Both the position numbers and the translations under genes were made by a program. Positions 10,234 to 20,550 of a stretch of DNA of 64,000 bases are shown piece by piece. The stretch is from NCBI GenBank assembly GCA_049678605.1, contig JBAUEM010000014.1:873-64872 (forward strand). The letters run 5' to 3'. Every line of letters starts with the position of its first letter. Positions within the stretch are counted from its first letter, which is position 1. This DNA is from Dehalococcoidia bacterium. Lineage in GTDB: Bacteria > Chloroflexota > Dehalococcoidia > GIF9 > AB-539-J10. Below the pieces are notes generated by a model that saw only the letters and a list, made by a program, of their open reading frames with translations, did not search any database and was not told the DNA's origin.

Positions 10234-10591
10234 GCTGGGGGAGAAAACAGCCCGGAAATTCCTCAAAAAGCGAGGCTACCGTATTCGCGAGACGGGTTTT
10301 CGTTGCCCTCGTGGAGAAATTGATATCATTGCCCAGCAGAAGGACTATCTTGTCTTTGTCGAGGTCCGCACCAAGAGCAGTTTGGATTTCGGCACACCTG
10401 AGGAATCGATAACACAAGCCAAAAAGAAAAAGCTCGTTGCCTTAGCCCTTACCTATACCAATACTCACCAGAACCTCCCCCCTTTATGGCGTATAGACGT
10501 CGTAGCCATAGAACTCGATGACAAAGGCAAGACCAAGCGCATCGAGCTCATCGAAAATGCCGTCGAGCAGGACTCCCCGTTTCTTTGCTAG
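10208..10591 (+). CDS. YraN-family (UPF0102) endonuclease-like protein
   Basis: GEKTARKFLKKRGYRIRETGFRCPRGEIDIIA...LVFVEVRTK is the family pattern. Confidence 0.85.
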   Translation: MMNRQEVGKLGEKTARKFLKKRGYRIRETGFRCPRGEIDIIAQQKDYLVFVEVRTKSSLDFGTPEESITQAKKKKLVALALTYTNTHQNLPPLWRIDVVAIELDDKGKTKRIELIENAVEQDSPFLC

Positions 10592-10607
10592 CTATTATTA
10601 ACCTTGC

Positions 10608-10653
10608 TGTCATTCTGAGCCGCTGGCGAAGAATCCTTCGCGTAGCTCAGGAT
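10608..10653 (+). repeat. Intergenic repeat family 1 copy
   Basis: tgtcattctgagccgctggcgaagaatccttcgcgtagctcaggat. Confidence 0.75.
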
Positions 10654-10675
10654 TAGGACATATAATTTGCGGCGC

Positions 10676-11926
10676 TTATGTTGCTCTCAAGTAAGGCTCT
10701 AATACTTCAGGAATTAGTACTGTACCATCAGCTTGCTGGTAGTTTTCCAGCACAGCGATAAGGACTCGTGGTAGAGCCAATCCTGAGCCATTAAGCGTGT
10801 GAACAAACTGTGATTTGGCGCCAGGCTCAGGGCGATAGCGGATATTTGCTCGCCTCGCCTGAAAGTCACCGCAATTGCTGCAAGAACTGACCTCGAGCCA
10901 TTCATCACAGCCAGGAGCCCACATTTCAATATCATATGTTTTGCAGGCGGCGAAGCCGAGGTCTCCGGTACATAATTGCACCACGCGGTGAGGTATGTCC
11001 AGCTTCCGACATATGTCCTCAGCATCAGCTACCAATTTCTCCAGTGCTTCGTCAGAACTCTCCGGGTCGGTAACCTTGTAGAGCTCCACCTTATCAAATT
11101 GGTGCCCCCGCTTAATGCCCCTGGTGTCTGTGCCGGCAGCCATCTTCTCTCGACGGAAGCAAGGAGTATAGGCAACATAATGAAGGGGCAAGCTACCGGC
11201 ACTTAATATTTCATCACGGTGAAGGTTAGTTAACGGTACCTCCGCCGTGGGTATAAACCAGAAGTCATCTTCTTCGTCGTGATATAAATTATCGCCGAAC
11301 TTGGGTAAATTTCCTGAGCCGACCATACACTCTCGCTTTACCATAAAAGGAGGATAGATTTCTTTATAGCCATGCTCGTTTACATGAACATCGAGCATAA
11401 ATGAGATAAGCGCTCGTTGGAGGCGTGCCCCCAGACCTTTGAGAACATAAAACCTGGTCCCTGAGAGCTTCACTCCCCGATGAAAATCTATTATGCCCAA
11501 TTTTTCCCCCAACTCCCAGTGAGGCAGGGGCTTGAAGGATAACTCCCTTGGTTTGCCCCAGGTACGCACTACCACGTTATCACCCTCGCCTCTCCCTAAG
11601 GGCACACTGGAGTGGGGGATGTTGGGTAACTCCAGTAGCAAGGAATCAAGGTTAGCCTTAGCTTCTTTGGTCTGCTGCTGCAAGGAAGATACTTGCTCTC
11701 CCAATTGACGCATCTGGGCGATGAACTGAGGTGGTTTTTCCTTGCTTTTGCTCAGTTGTTTGCTTGCCTCGTTATGTTTGGCACGGAGTTCTTCGGTTTG
11801 ACGGAGCAAGCTGCGATAACGGCCGTCAATCTCAAGGATGCTATCGAGAGCAAAGCTATCGTCTCTTTTCTCCAGAGCCTGGCGAACAAGTTCAGGGTTT
11901 TCACGAATAAGCTTAATATCAAGCAT
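10676..11926 (-). CDS. serS: Serine--tRNA ligase
   Basis: N-terminal coiled coil MLDIKLIRENPE... and class II motifs FRRE / GSGLALPR. Confidence 0.97.
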   Translation of the reverse strand: MLDIKLIRENPELVRQALEKRDDSFALDSILEIDGRYRSLLRQTEELRAKHNEASKQLSKSKEKPPQFIAQMRQLGEQVSSLQQQTKEAKANLDSLLLELPNIPHSSVPLGRGEGDNVVVRTWGKPRELSFKPLPHWELGEKLGIIDFHRGVKLSGTRFYVLKGLGARLQRALISFMLDVHVNEHGYKEIYPPFMVKRECMVGSGNLPKFGDNLYHDEEDDFWFIPTAEVPLTNLHRDEILSAGSLPLHYVAYTPCFRREKMAAGTDTRGIKRGHQFDKVELYKVTDPESSDEALEKLVADAEDICRKLDIPHRVVQLCTGDLGFAACKTYDIEMWAPGCDEWLEVSSCSNCGDFQARRANIRYRPEPGAKSQFVHTLNGSGLALPRVLIAVLENYQQADGTVLIPEVLEPYLRAT

Positions 11927-11973
11927 GTGTAAGCTCTAAATCCTAGTTTCTAAACTCTAAACAAGTTCTTTCA

Positions 11974-12070
11974 AAATGCAAAAATAAAAATGCAAAATGA
12001 CAGAGCAAAAGTTAAAAAGTTTTGCGTTTTGAGTTGTCATTTTGATTTTTGACCTTTGATTTTTAGATTT
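11974..12070 (+). repeat. AT-rich ~95-bp palindromic element (copy 1 of 2)
   Basis: aaatgcaaaa...tgcaaaatgacagagcaaaagttaaaaagttttgcgttttgagttgtcattttgattttt aligns with 38005-38097 and has an internal inverted repeat. Confidence 0.8.
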
Positions 12071-12137
12071 CTGTATTGTTTAGGATTTCGAATTTTGTGC
12101 TTGGGATTTGTCATACTTTGGCCTGCATTTTGTATTT

Positions 12138-13604
12138 TTACTCTTTTGTCTTCAGATGGGGGAAAAGTATCACTTCTCGAATAGATTGCTGATTTGTAAA
12201 TAGCATCACCAGGCGGTCAATGCCCATACCCAGACCACCGGTAGGTGGCATCCCATACTCCAAAGCCTGAAGAAAATCTTCATCGGCGATTTCCACCTCC
12301 TCATCGACAACCTGTTCTTTTAGCTGCTGGCGAAACCTTTCCCTTTGCTCCAGGGGGTCATTAAGCTCGGTGAAGGCATTGGCAACCTCCATGCCAGCCA
12401 CAAAGCCCTCGAATCTCTCCACTAACCGGTCATCACCCCTCTTCCTCTTGGCCAGGGGTGACATTTCCACGGGGTAATCCAGAAGGAAAGTCGGCTGAAT
12501 AAGGTTTGGCTCGACAAAGGTGGAAATCAATTCGTCTATCAGCCTGCCTCTACCTTTACCTGGATCAACCTCCATTCCCATCTCTGTCATCCGCGTCCTC
12601 AGTGAAGCAGCATCAGGATAATCTTCAAAATCGATGCCGCAATGTTCTTTTATTGCCTCACGGAGGTAAAGTCTTTGCCACGGGAGACCAAGGTCAATGC
12701 TTTTGCCGTTGCAAGCAAGCTTGGTATCACCCAGAACCTCCTGAGCTATATGAACGAGCATCTCCTCAACCAATCTCATCATGTCATTGTAATCGCTATA
12801 AGCTTGATAGCACTCAAGCAAGGTGAATTCCGGGTTATGTCTAACAGAAATGCCTTCATTGCGAAAGGCATGCCCAATCTCGTAAACTTTGTCAAAGCCG
12901 CCTACCACCAGTCTCTTGAGGTGGAGCTCCAGGGCAATTCGCAGATAGAGGTCTTCATCAAGAGCATGGTGATGGGTGACAAAAGGGCGTGCTAATGCTC
13001 CGCCGGCATGGGGCTGAAGCACAGGAGTTTCTACCTCCATAAACCCCTGCTTATCGAGAAAACTTCTTATGGCAGTGATAATCTTGCTGCGCAAAATAAA
13101 AATGCTTTTACTCTCTTCGTTGGAAATAAGGTCGAGATATCTCTGCCGATAGCGTTTTTCTACGTCAGCTAGCCCATGCCACTTCTCTGGCAGCGGGCGA
13201 AGGGATTTACAGAGCATAGCGAAATCGGATACCTCCAGAGTGAGCTCTCCGGCTTTTGTCCGGAAGAGCTTCCCCCCTGCCCCGATAATGTCACCAATAT
13301 CAATATCCTGAAGAAATTCGTATCTCTCCCGGCCCAGAAGGTCATAGCGCAAAGAAAGCTGTATCTTCCCCGAGCTATCGCGGATATCAAGAAAGGACAT
13401 CTTACCCATAGAACGCTTGGACATAATACGGCCAGCCAGTGATATGTCCTGAGAGTTCTCTCCTTGCTGCTCAAAAAGAGTTATCGCTTCTCGAACAGTG
13501 TGGCTGGGATGATAGGAATGGGGATAAGGGTCTATGCCGCGCGCCCGAATTCTGCTCAGGCTATCCAGCCGCTGTTCAGTTATGCGTTCTAATCTTGAAC
13601 TCAT
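12138..13604 (-). CDS. lysS: Lysine--tRNA ligase (class II)
   Basis: OB-fold N-domain, FRNEGISVRHNPEFTLLE motif 2 and GMGIDRLVM motif 3. Confidence 0.97.
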   Translation of the reverse strand: MSSRLERITEQRLDSLSRIRARGIDPYPHSYHPSHTVREAITLFEQQGENSQDISLAGRIMSKRSMGKMSFLDIRDSSGKIQLSLRYDLLGRERYEFLQDIDIGDIIGAGGKLFRTKAGELTLEVSDFAMLCKSLRPLPEKWHGLADVEKRYRQRYLDLISNEESKSIFILRSKIITAIRSFLDKQGFMEVETPVLQPHAGGALARPFVTHHHALDEDLYLRIALELHLKRLVVGGFDKVYEIGHAFRNEGISVRHNPEFTLLECYQAYSDYNDMMRLVEEMLVHIAQEVLGDTKLACNGKSIDLGLPWQRLYLREAIKEHCGIDFEDYPDAASLRTRMTEMGMEVDPGKGRGRLIDELISTFVEPNLIQPTFLLDYPVEMSPLAKRKRGDDRLVERFEGFVAGMEVANAFTELNDPLEQRERFRQQLKEQVVDEEVEIADEDFLQALEYGMPPTGGLGMGIDRLVMLFTNQQSIREVILFPHLKTKE

Positions 13605-13702
13605 CAGAAATCAAAAGCCAAAAATACAACTCTAAGCTGTAAGTCTAATGCCCCAAATTTAAGTACCAAAACTGCCCTTCGGGCAAAATCGATGGAACTT
13701 AT

Positions 13703-13954
13703 TTAATTACCCCCTCCCTCTTCACCTTTGGCAAATTCACCTGCTCCCAAAATCTCCTTGGCTTCCTTTGCCAGAGCTTTGGGCACCATTATTTTCACCT
13801 CACCTAACCCATCAACTGTAACCCCGTAAACCAGACCAGCGCTCTCGTAGCTTAAGAGAACTGGTATACCTTCGCTCTCCAGCCGTCCCTTGATTATTTG
13901 CGCCTCCATGTACCTGGTAGTGCACACAGAAACCAATTGTTCCCTTGCAGACAT
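13703..13954 (-). CDS. DUF2007-like small protein (putative signal-transducing fold)
   Basis: 83-aa ORF. EAQIIKGRLESEGIPVLL...IMVPKALAKEAKEIL matches the DUF2007 pattern as I recall it. Confidence 0.6.
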   Translation of the reverse strand: MSAREQLVSVCTTRYMEAQIIKGRLESEGIPVLLSYESAGLVYGVTVDGLGEVKIMVPKALAKEAKEILGAGEFAKGEEGGGN

Positions 13955-13995
13955 AGTTCTTGCCTTCGTTTATTTTAGCAGAAACTCTTGGAGTA

Positions 13996-14024
13996 TTGCT
14001 AAAACGATGGATATTGTATAAAAT
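13996..14024 (+). promoter_or_regulatory. Candidate promoter of speH-speE
   Basis: TTGCTA (13996-14001), 17-nt spacer, TAAAAT (14019-14024), about 60 nt upstream of speH. Confidence 0.4.
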
Positions 14025-14084
14025 TTGCCCTGTTGCCCAAAGGGCTCCATCACAAATCTAAAATTCTAAAGGAGGGAAGATGAT

Positions 14085-14459
14085 TTGAACGCGCTTGCAA
14101 GACATCTGCTACTGGAACTAAAAATATGCAATAAGGAGGTGCTGGATGACTTAGATTTTCTCAAAGATTGTCTTAACGAAGCTGCCATTCAAAGTGGAGC
14201 TACCGTAGTGGGCGAGTCCTTTTATCATTTCTCCCCTTACGGAGTGAGCGGAGTGGTCAATATCGCTGAGTCACATATTGCCATTCATACCTGGCCGGAA
14301 TACGGGTACGCTGCTGTAGACGTTTTCACCTGTGGGGATGATGTAGACCCGGGAAAGGCTGCCAGGTTGATAACAGAGAGGCTGGGGGCCCAAAGCCACT
14401 CCTTAATCGAGCTTCGCAGGGGGATTATGGAGGATAGCCAGGTCGGGTGTGCAAAATGA
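14085..14459 (+). CDS. speH: S-adenosylmethionine decarboxylase proenzyme (SpeH type)
   Basis: Self-cleavage and core motif VNIAESHIAIHTWPEYGYAAVDVFTCG. TTG start with AGGAGGG RBS. Confidence 0.9.
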   Translation: MNALARHLLLELKICNKEVLDDLDFLKDCLNEAAIQSGATVVGESFYHFSPYGVSGVVNIAESHIAIHTWPEYGYAAVDVFTCGDDVDPGKAARLITERLGAQSHSLIELRRGIMEDSQVGCAK

Positions 14460-15379
14460 AAGATAACGACCCTGATAAACATAGATGGTTTTCTGACTAT
14501 ATAAGTCCTGACCTTACTATGCTGCATAGTATCAAGAAGAGAATATATTCAGGACGAAGTAAGTTTCAATCCATAGATATTGTCAACACGGGCAGCTTCG
14601 GTATCTGTCTCGTCCTCGATGGCAAGATTCAATCCAGCGAGGCGGACGAGTTTATTTACCATGAGGCTCTGGTACACCCAGCTATGCTTACCCATCCCCA
14701 GCCGCAGAGGGTATTCATTGCTGGGGGAGGTGAGGGTGCGACCTTAAGGGAAGTCCTGGCGCATAAGACGGTAAAAAAGGCTGTCATGGTGGATATTGAT
14801 GAAGAGGTTGTAAGCCTTTGTCGCCGCTTCTTGCCCTCCTGGCACCAGAATGCCTTCGATGACCCCCGGGCAGAGCTTCATTTCGTCGACGCCAGAAAAT
14901 ACCTGGATGAAAGTAGCGACAAATTCGATGTTATCATCATTGACTTGGCTGACCCCTTAGAGCAAGGGCCGGCACGCTTGCTATACACTCAGGAATTCTA
15001 CCAAATAGTCAAACAAAAACTAGGGCCTGATGGCATTATGTCAGTGCAGGCTGAATCTGCGGAATGGAAGAACTTAGATAATTTCATCGCTATTGCCAGT
15101 ACCTTAAGAAAGATTTTCCCGATAGCCCGTCCCTACCAGGTCCATGTACCTTCCTTTCTGGGCTTATGGGGCTTTGTTGCGGCTTCCCAAAGCCTTGACC
15201 CCCCTGAACTGACTCCCGAGGAAATTGACATCAGAATTTCAACAAGAATATCAAAAAAACTAAAATCCTACGATGGCCTTACCCATCAAGCCATGTTCAC
15301 TATCCCCAAGCATATTCGCCAACAGTTAGCTGCAAGCAAAAGAATCATCACTGACAAACAACCTATCTCTGCCTACTGA
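14456..15379 (+). CDS. speE: Spermidine synthase (polyamine aminopropyltransferase)
   Basis: VLDGKIQSSEADEFIYHEALVHP and GGGEGATLREVL motifs. The ATG overlaps the speH stop (ATGA). The ORF track start is GTG 14447. Confidence 0.93.
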   Translation: MKDNDPDKHRWFSDYISPDLTMLHSIKKRIYSGRSKFQSIDIVNTGSFGICLVLDGKIQSSEADEFIYHEALVHPAMLTHPQPQRVFIAGGGEGATLREVLAHKTVKKAVMVDIDEEVVSLCRRFLPSWHQNAFDDPRAELHFVDARKYLDESSDKFDVIIIDLADPLEQGPARLLYTQEFYQIVKQKLGPDGIMSVQAESAEWKNLDNFIAIASTLRKIFPIARPYQVHVPSFLGLWGFVAASQSLDPPELTPEEIDIRISTRISKKLKSYDGLTHQAMFTIPKHIRQQLAASKRIITDKQPISAY

Positions 15380-15489
15380 CTTGCCCGCACAAATTACTTC
15401 CTTGCCGTTCCCGACATCTTTTACTAATTCCACCTGAAAAGTAACTGCTCACCCTGATGTCATTATCAGGTCTTCGCCTTCTGTGCCCC

Positions 15490-15816
15490 TCAATTCTCCG
15501 GACTTTTTGCCTCTTCCTCGGCGGAACCCACCACTATCTCCTCTCCTTTTGAAAGATACAGCTGGCTTGTGCTTGATTTCACCCGTGGCACTATTTTCCC
15601 ACCACAATGAGGACAAAGCACCCCAACAGTTTGTCTCGAAGTAAAGATGATGCTGACAATTCCTACGACCGCCAGCGCTATTCCTACGCCCATTACCACC
15701 CACCAAATTGCTTCCCTGAAGTCAGGCCTCCTTAGAAAAAGGCCGAGGACTATCAGCGCAGCACCCAGGACCACCCACACCAGCACCGTTAGGATATCGT
15801 ACCTTTTATAAGTCAT
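15490..15816 (-). CDS. Small two-TM membrane protein with CPHCGG motif (paralog 1)
   Basis: GGAGGTG RBS, two hydrophobic helices and a CPHCGGKIVPR motif. About 90 aa are near-identical to the ORF at 22752-23054. Confidence 0.7.
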   Translation of the reverse strand: MTYKRYDILTVLVWVVLGAALIVLGLFLRRPDFREAIWWVVMGVGIALAVVGIVSIIFTSRQTVGVLCPHCGGKIVPRVKSSTSQLYLSKGEEIVVGSAEEEAKSPEN

Positions 15817-15873
15817 TTTCCCACCTCCTGTCTTAGACTATAAATAAAGTAGCATCTATCGCCTGCGTTGTCT
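15543..15873. repeat. 331-bp direct repeat, copy 1 (partner at 22781-23110)
   Basis: By-eye alignment shows about a dozen mismatches. It covers most of the small membrane-protein gene plus its RBS and upstream region. Confidence 0.9.
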
Positions 15874-15893
15874 CACCCCTTGTTGGCTTGGTT

Positions 15894-17486
15894 TCAAATT
15901 TCGGGACTTTCCCAGTCCTTTAGCGGCTTCATCCATTCCGCCCGTTTCACAAATTCGTCATGCGCTAAAGGAACTGGCGGGTGACAGACAAACTGTGGGT
16001 CAAATTCCCCCTTCACTTTTAACAGCCATTTGTGGTAATTTGGTCCGTAAGCTGGTCCCGTCAAGTACAGGGGCTGGTGGGGACCCAAGAGGGCGGTGTA
16101 AAAGCCTCTTCTTATGTTTTCCTTGGCTGTTTCCAGATAAAAGTGGTCAACCTTATTGGTATTTTCGTGGGGGTCCCAGTAGATAAGGAACTCAGAGTAG
16201 CCCTGATGACCGAGCTCAAAGCTTTGGAACCAACCGGTGTCACCGTAGTCAGGCATAAGCGGAGGCGTGAAATTTCTCTTCAGCTCGGCAAAGTTTTCTC
16301 CCTGGGCAATGGCATGCTCAATTGTTTCTATGACATAATCCACGGAGACATATCCGCCGCACATCAGCCACATTCCCGCTGAGTCGGCATTCTTGAACCA
16401 GGATTCATCCGTGGGACGGGTTGGTCGCGCTTCCCCCCCGAGCTCGGCTATTATATCCGTCAATACTCGCTCCTCGTATTTAAGCTGCTCCTCGGAAGCA
16501 AAGCCTATGAGCAATACGCGGAGGACATGAAATTTAGTGATGGTCTCCTCGTTCTCCTTTGACCAGAGTTTCCAGAACTCCTCCTTCGACCTTGCTCTGG
16601 CAATCACCCGCCAGAATAGAGGCACCTTGGTGACTCCGGCTCCTATCTCGGCTTTGGCCATCTCATACATGGCTTTTTTCAGGGCATCTCTACTGGGCAT
16701 AGTAAAATTGAGCCACCTTACTCTATTGATGGGAAGCTGCAGGCTGGTATTTGGTGAGATGCCGCTTGGCTCAAGCCTTTCGGGTTGGAATGGCAGAAGC
16801 TTTATGGCCATCTTGGTCACAATTCCCAGGGAGCCTCTGTGCCCGGTATAACCTCGCAGTAGTCCCCTGAGGTCTGGTCCCGGCCCCTCGCCCCAGAAAG
16901 GGTCATCCTGCAACGCCAGTGAACCCAGCCTGACCAGTTCGCCGTCAGGCAAAACGAGTTCCGTTCCCAGTATCCGTCGGTGAGGTAGACCGACGCGGTA
17001 GCTGAGTGGTGACCACCCGTCACCTATCATGTTGGCAATAGCCGACGCTTGCGAACCACCCCCACCGATAACAACATATAGTCCTCTTTTCATGGCCTCT
17101 TCTTGGAGTTGCGAGTAAATAACGCCGGGGCCAACAACAGCATAAAGATGCTTGTCATCAAGTTCGAAGTCGTTCATCCTCTTCAGGTCTATAATTAGAG
17201 CGTCGGAAACATGGGGATGAGAGCGGGCACCATACCATCCGGTGCTGTAGGGGACAAAGGGAATTCTATGGCGGTTGCAGACCCTGACAATCTTTTGAAC
17301 CTCCTCTGTGGTTCGGGGCATGATAACACAGCCTGGCACTCTGGTCATCACCCTCTCATAGCCCAGGCCACATTCATATCCCGCGGGTCCAGCCCGATAA
17401 CCTTCACAAATTGCCGGGTGAGCCGAAATATACTCCGAGCCGACGATGGACTCCAATACCTTATACGCTTCCTGGGATATAGCCAT
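15894..17486 (-). CDS. FAD-binding oxidoreductase (GlcD / vanillyl-alcohol-oxidase superfamily)
   Basis: 530-aa ORF with N-terminal FAD-binding-domain layout (EEVQKIVRVCNRHRIPFVPYSTG..., GGGGSQASAIANM). It is in an operon with an Fe-S/CCG subunit. Confidence 0.7.
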   Translation of the reverse strand: MAISQEAYKVLESIVGSEYISAHPAICEGYRAGPAGYECGLGYERVMTRVPGCVIMPRTTEEVQKIVRVCNRHRIPFVPYSTGWYGARSHPHVSDALIIDLKRMNDFELDDKHLYAVVGPGVIYSQLQEEAMKRGLYVVIGGGGSQASAIANMIGDGWSPLSYRVGLPHRRILGTELVLPDGELVRLGSLALQDDPFWGEGPGPDLRGLLRGYTGHRGSLGIVTKMAIKLLPFQPERLEPSGISPNTSLQLPINRVRWLNFTMPSRDALKKAMYEMAKAEIGAGVTKVPLFWRVIARARSKEEFWKLWSKENEETITKFHVLRVLLIGFASEEQLKYEERVLTDIIAELGGEARPTRPTDESWFKNADSAGMWLMCGGYVSVDYVIETIEHAIAQGENFAELKRNFTPPLMPDYGDTGWFQSFELGHQGYSEFLIYWDPHENTNKVDHFYLETAKENIRRGFYTALLGPHQPLYLTGPAYGPNYHKWLLKVKGEFDPQFVCHPPVPLAHDEFVKRAEWMKPLKDWESPEI

Positions 17487-17501
17487 TTTTTCTCCTTGAA
17501 C

Positions 17502-18797
17502 CTATACTCTAAGGGAAGCCAGGACAACCTCCGAGATATCAAAAACCTTCAAGTTTGCTCCATTCTTACCGATGGCTTGGGTGAAACTATCCTTGCACCG
17601 AGGACAGGCTGAAACGATGGCTTCAGCGCCTACCTCTTTGGCCTCTGCTAACCTTTGCTCTGCGGCCCAGGAAGCAAATTCCGGGAATGCTTCTTTAGTT
17701 CCTCGGCCGGCTCCGCAACAAAAGGCATTTTCTCTCATCCGCGGCATTTCCACCAGCTTGACACCGGGGACGGAGTTCAAAATATCCCTTGGCTGCTGGT
17801 AAACTCCGTTGGTACCGCGCCTTCGCTCTAGCGGAGGATTCACCACTCCCCATAATCCGCGTTCTCCTTGCCACGGTACCCACGGTTCACTGAGCCGACC
17901 CAAGCTGCACGGGTCGTGATAGGTCAGGCGCAAATCAATCCGTCTGGCAAGCTTCAGGGCACCTTTTTGGATCGATTCGGCTACAAACTCTGTGACGTGT
18001 ACCACCCTGAACCCCAGGTCGGCGGTTGACATATTTAGTATCTTGGGATAATCAACTTTCCACATTCGATAGCCCTCAGCACAACTGGTCAGAAGGGTCT
18101 TGGCTCCGGTTTTCTTAACAGCCTCGATATTACGCTGAGCCAATTCCCGTGCTTCATCAATCATGCCCACGGAATAGAGCATATTGCCGCAGCACCACTC
18201 ATCGGGTAGCAGCATGAACGGAGTCCCGGAGGCATTTAGTATCTTCGCCGTGGCCTGGGCTATCTCGGGATGACTATAAGAGGCAGAGCAGCCAACAAAG
18301 TAGAGCACATCGGCTTTAGGAGAAGGCTTTATTTCTTCGGTAAGCCATTTCTTTCGATTTTCGTGAGGAGAGCCAAAGAAATTGTGATTCTTCATTATTT
18401 TCTGGGCGGTCTTTTTGTGTTCGGGCATGGGGCCCTGGCCATCTTTTACCGCCTTTATTCTGAGTGCCTCCAGTGTAAGCTCTATTTCCAGGTCGAGGTT
18501 TCGCTTACAGCCAACATCACACGCCCCACACAGGGTGCAGGCGTAGAGTATCTTTAAGAGTTCCTCCGAGTAATCTAGCCGGCCTTCAACCAATGCCAGC
18601 CCGATTCTCATTTTTCCATACGCACCATAGGAATCAAACAAATACCTCGTGGCACTGGGGCATCTTGTGCTGTACTTCACACCCGGCATGTATATATGGT
18701 CAACCCAGGTACACCCTTTACATTTGACGCACCTGCTCATATCGAAGACAAAGTTTTCTATTTGTGTTACATCCAGGCTGACTTTCTCTTCAGGCAT
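17502..18797 (-). CDS. (Fe-S)-binding oxidoreductase subunit, GlcF/HdrD-like with two CCG domains
   Basis: CVKCKGC and CTLCGACDVGC ferredoxin-type clusters. Cys-rich CCG motifs are FVGCSASY...WCCGN and LTSCAEGY...FCCGAG. Confidence 0.85.
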   Translation of the reverse strand: MPEEKVSLDVTQIENFVFDMSRCVKCKGCTWVDHIYMPGVKYSTRCPSATRYLFDSYGAYGKMRIGLALVEGRLDYSEELLKILYACTLCGACDVGCKRNLDLEIELTLEALRIKAVKDGQGPMPEHKKTAQKIMKNHNFFGSPHENRKKWLTEEIKPSPKADVLYFVGCSASYSHPEIAQATAKILNASGTPFMLLPDEWCCGNMLYSVGMIDEARELAQRNIEAVKKTGAKTLLTSCAEGYRMWKVDYPKILNMSTADLGFRVVHVTEFVAESIQKGALKLARRIDLRLTYHDPCSLGRLSEPWVPWQGERGLWGVVNPPLERRRGTNGVYQQPRDILNSVPGVKLVEMPRMRENAFCCGAGRGTKEAFPEFASWAAEQRLAEAKEVGAEAIVSACPRCKDSFTQAIGKNGANLKVFDISEVVLASLRV

Positions 18798-18866
18798 TTA
18801 ACCTCCGTAAACTAACCCATGCCAATCCTGCGATTCTCGCGGGGACCCAGTTAATTCAAATTTAAT

Positions 18867-20324
18867 TTAGAAGCATAAATTTCCCGGATTCATAACATTC
18901 TGAGGGTCAAAGACCCTCTTCACCCTTCTTAGTGCCGTGGCATATCCCGCTGCTCTCTGGTATACCAGTTTCGCCAATTCCCCATAAGGTCTGGTAAAAA
19001 GAGCCCCTTCGTTTAGCAAAACCTTGGCGGCTTCACGGTATAAACTTCGGACCCTTTCCACCTCCGATTGACTGGTTGGGTCATAGAAGAATTCAAATTC
19101 CAGATGACAAGCTCGATTGTGCTCTATGGGCTGTAGATAGCCTCCGATGTCGCCTATCGGGTAACCAAGTCTGGCAGCTATTTCCTCAACCTTACTGATG
19201 AATTTGGAAGCCCAGGTGGGCTTGGCGATAAAGAAAAGGCTTTGACAAGCCCCTTTGTAGCGGTTCTTCCAGTAGGTTACTTCCCTGGGCCAGGGTTTGC
19301 GAAGCATGGGTAAGAGCTTCTTGCCTAAGCCAGGAAATCCCGGTAGACCATCAGCAAGGGAAATTTCGGGGAATTCATTGTTGATAACCTTATCCAGCAC
19401 TTCTTTTTCATATTGGAGCTTCTCCGGCGGGCGCCTCGCCATGCCGCTTGTTACCAGAATGAGAGTCCAGGCGGGTAACGATGCCCTTAATTTTACAAAA
19501 TCCTGGGGCCAATCCTCAGCCATTATTGCTGCTAGGTTAGTATTATTCAGGAGGAGACACTCCTGGCCTATTCTGAGCCTCAGCACCCTGTAGAGGAACT
19601 CGATGGTATAGTCGAGATCGGGAACCGGAGCCAGCAGAATCCTGTCCATCCGGGGCCGGTATTCAATTTTCAGGTTAGCCCAGGTTACCACCCCCATCGT
19701 CCCTTGGGCACCCTGGAGAAAGCGGTAGAAATCCAAGCCCGGCCCGGAGGGGTTAGCCCCCTTGGATGGCGAATCGGGGTAGCCGGTTACACTGGCCGAG
19801 CCCGTCCGGAAGATTTCTCCAGTGGGCCAGACCACCTCCATGCCTTGGAGGGGCTCACCGTAATCATATACCGTGTTGGTAGGCACTTCTCTTTCGAGAT
19901 AGTCGGTAACCACGGAGCGCAAGGGATGTGGTAAGAGCGGCATTATCATTCTGAAGCCCTTTTTCCCTAGTTCGCTCGTGAGTTGTTCCCAGGTTACTCC
20001 AACTTCTATTCTAACTCTTCTGTTAAGCTCATCGATTTCGAATATCTTGTTCATTCCGGTTAGGTCCAGAACGATACCACCTTGTTTGGGAATAGTAGCG
20101 CCGTAAAAATGGGCGCGGGAGCTTATAGGCACCACGGGTATTGAGTGCTCATTTGCGAACCTGATGACCTTTTGGACATCTTCAGTTTTTTGGGGTTTTA
20201 CAACGTAGTTGGGCATTCCCGGCGTTGCCAGGCTGAAGTCGGTAGAATATTCCTTCAGGACTTCGGGGGCATCAGTGAACTTCTCTGACCCTACCAGTTT
20301 CAGGAGCCCTTCTCTTATACTCAT
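18867..20324 (-). CDS. FAD-binding oxidoreductase (GlcD/GlcE-like)
   Basis: 485-aa ORF. EDVQKVIRFANEHSIPVVPISSRAHFYG gives the FAD-binding-domain layout; C-terminal VFDPQNVMNPG is typical of FAD-linked oxidases. Confidence 0.8.
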   Translation of the reverse strand: MSIREGLLKLVGSEKFTDAPEVLKEYSTDFSLATPGMPNYVVKPQKTEDVQKVIRFANEHSIPVVPISSRAHFYGATIPKQGGIVLDLTGMNKIFEIDELNRRVRIEVGVTWEQLTSELGKKGFRMIMPLLPHPLRSVVTDYLEREVPTNTVYDYGEPLQGMEVVWPTGEIFRTGSASVTGYPDSPSKGANPSGPGLDFYRFLQGAQGTMGVVTWANLKIEYRPRMDRILLAPVPDLDYTIEFLYRVLRLRIGQECLLLNNTNLAAIMAEDWPQDFVKLRASLPAWTLILVTSGMARRPPEKLQYEKEVLDKVINNEFPEISLADGLPGFPGLGKKLLPMLRKPWPREVTYWKNRYKGACQSLFFIAKPTWASKFISKVEEIAARLGYPIGDIGGYLQPIEHNRACHLEFEFFYDPTSQSEVERVRSLYREAAKVLLNEGALFTRPYGELAKLVYQRAAGYATALRRVKRVFDPQNVMNPGNLCF

Positions 20325-20550
20325 AGTTTGACCTCCTCCTTTTAAACAACCAGTTTAGGAACTGCACAATAAAGGAGGAGGACTACTTCATTGCCTTTGA
20401 TAAAGTCCATTCTACCGGAACTAGACTAGCAAAGCGATCAAAAAATAAGCGACTCGTCATACAGCTGACATTTTGTAATGCTTCAGTCGTTTTCGGACAA
20501 ATCGACCCTGCTAAAATGATGCACCCCAACCTCAGTTTTTGTCAAATCAA

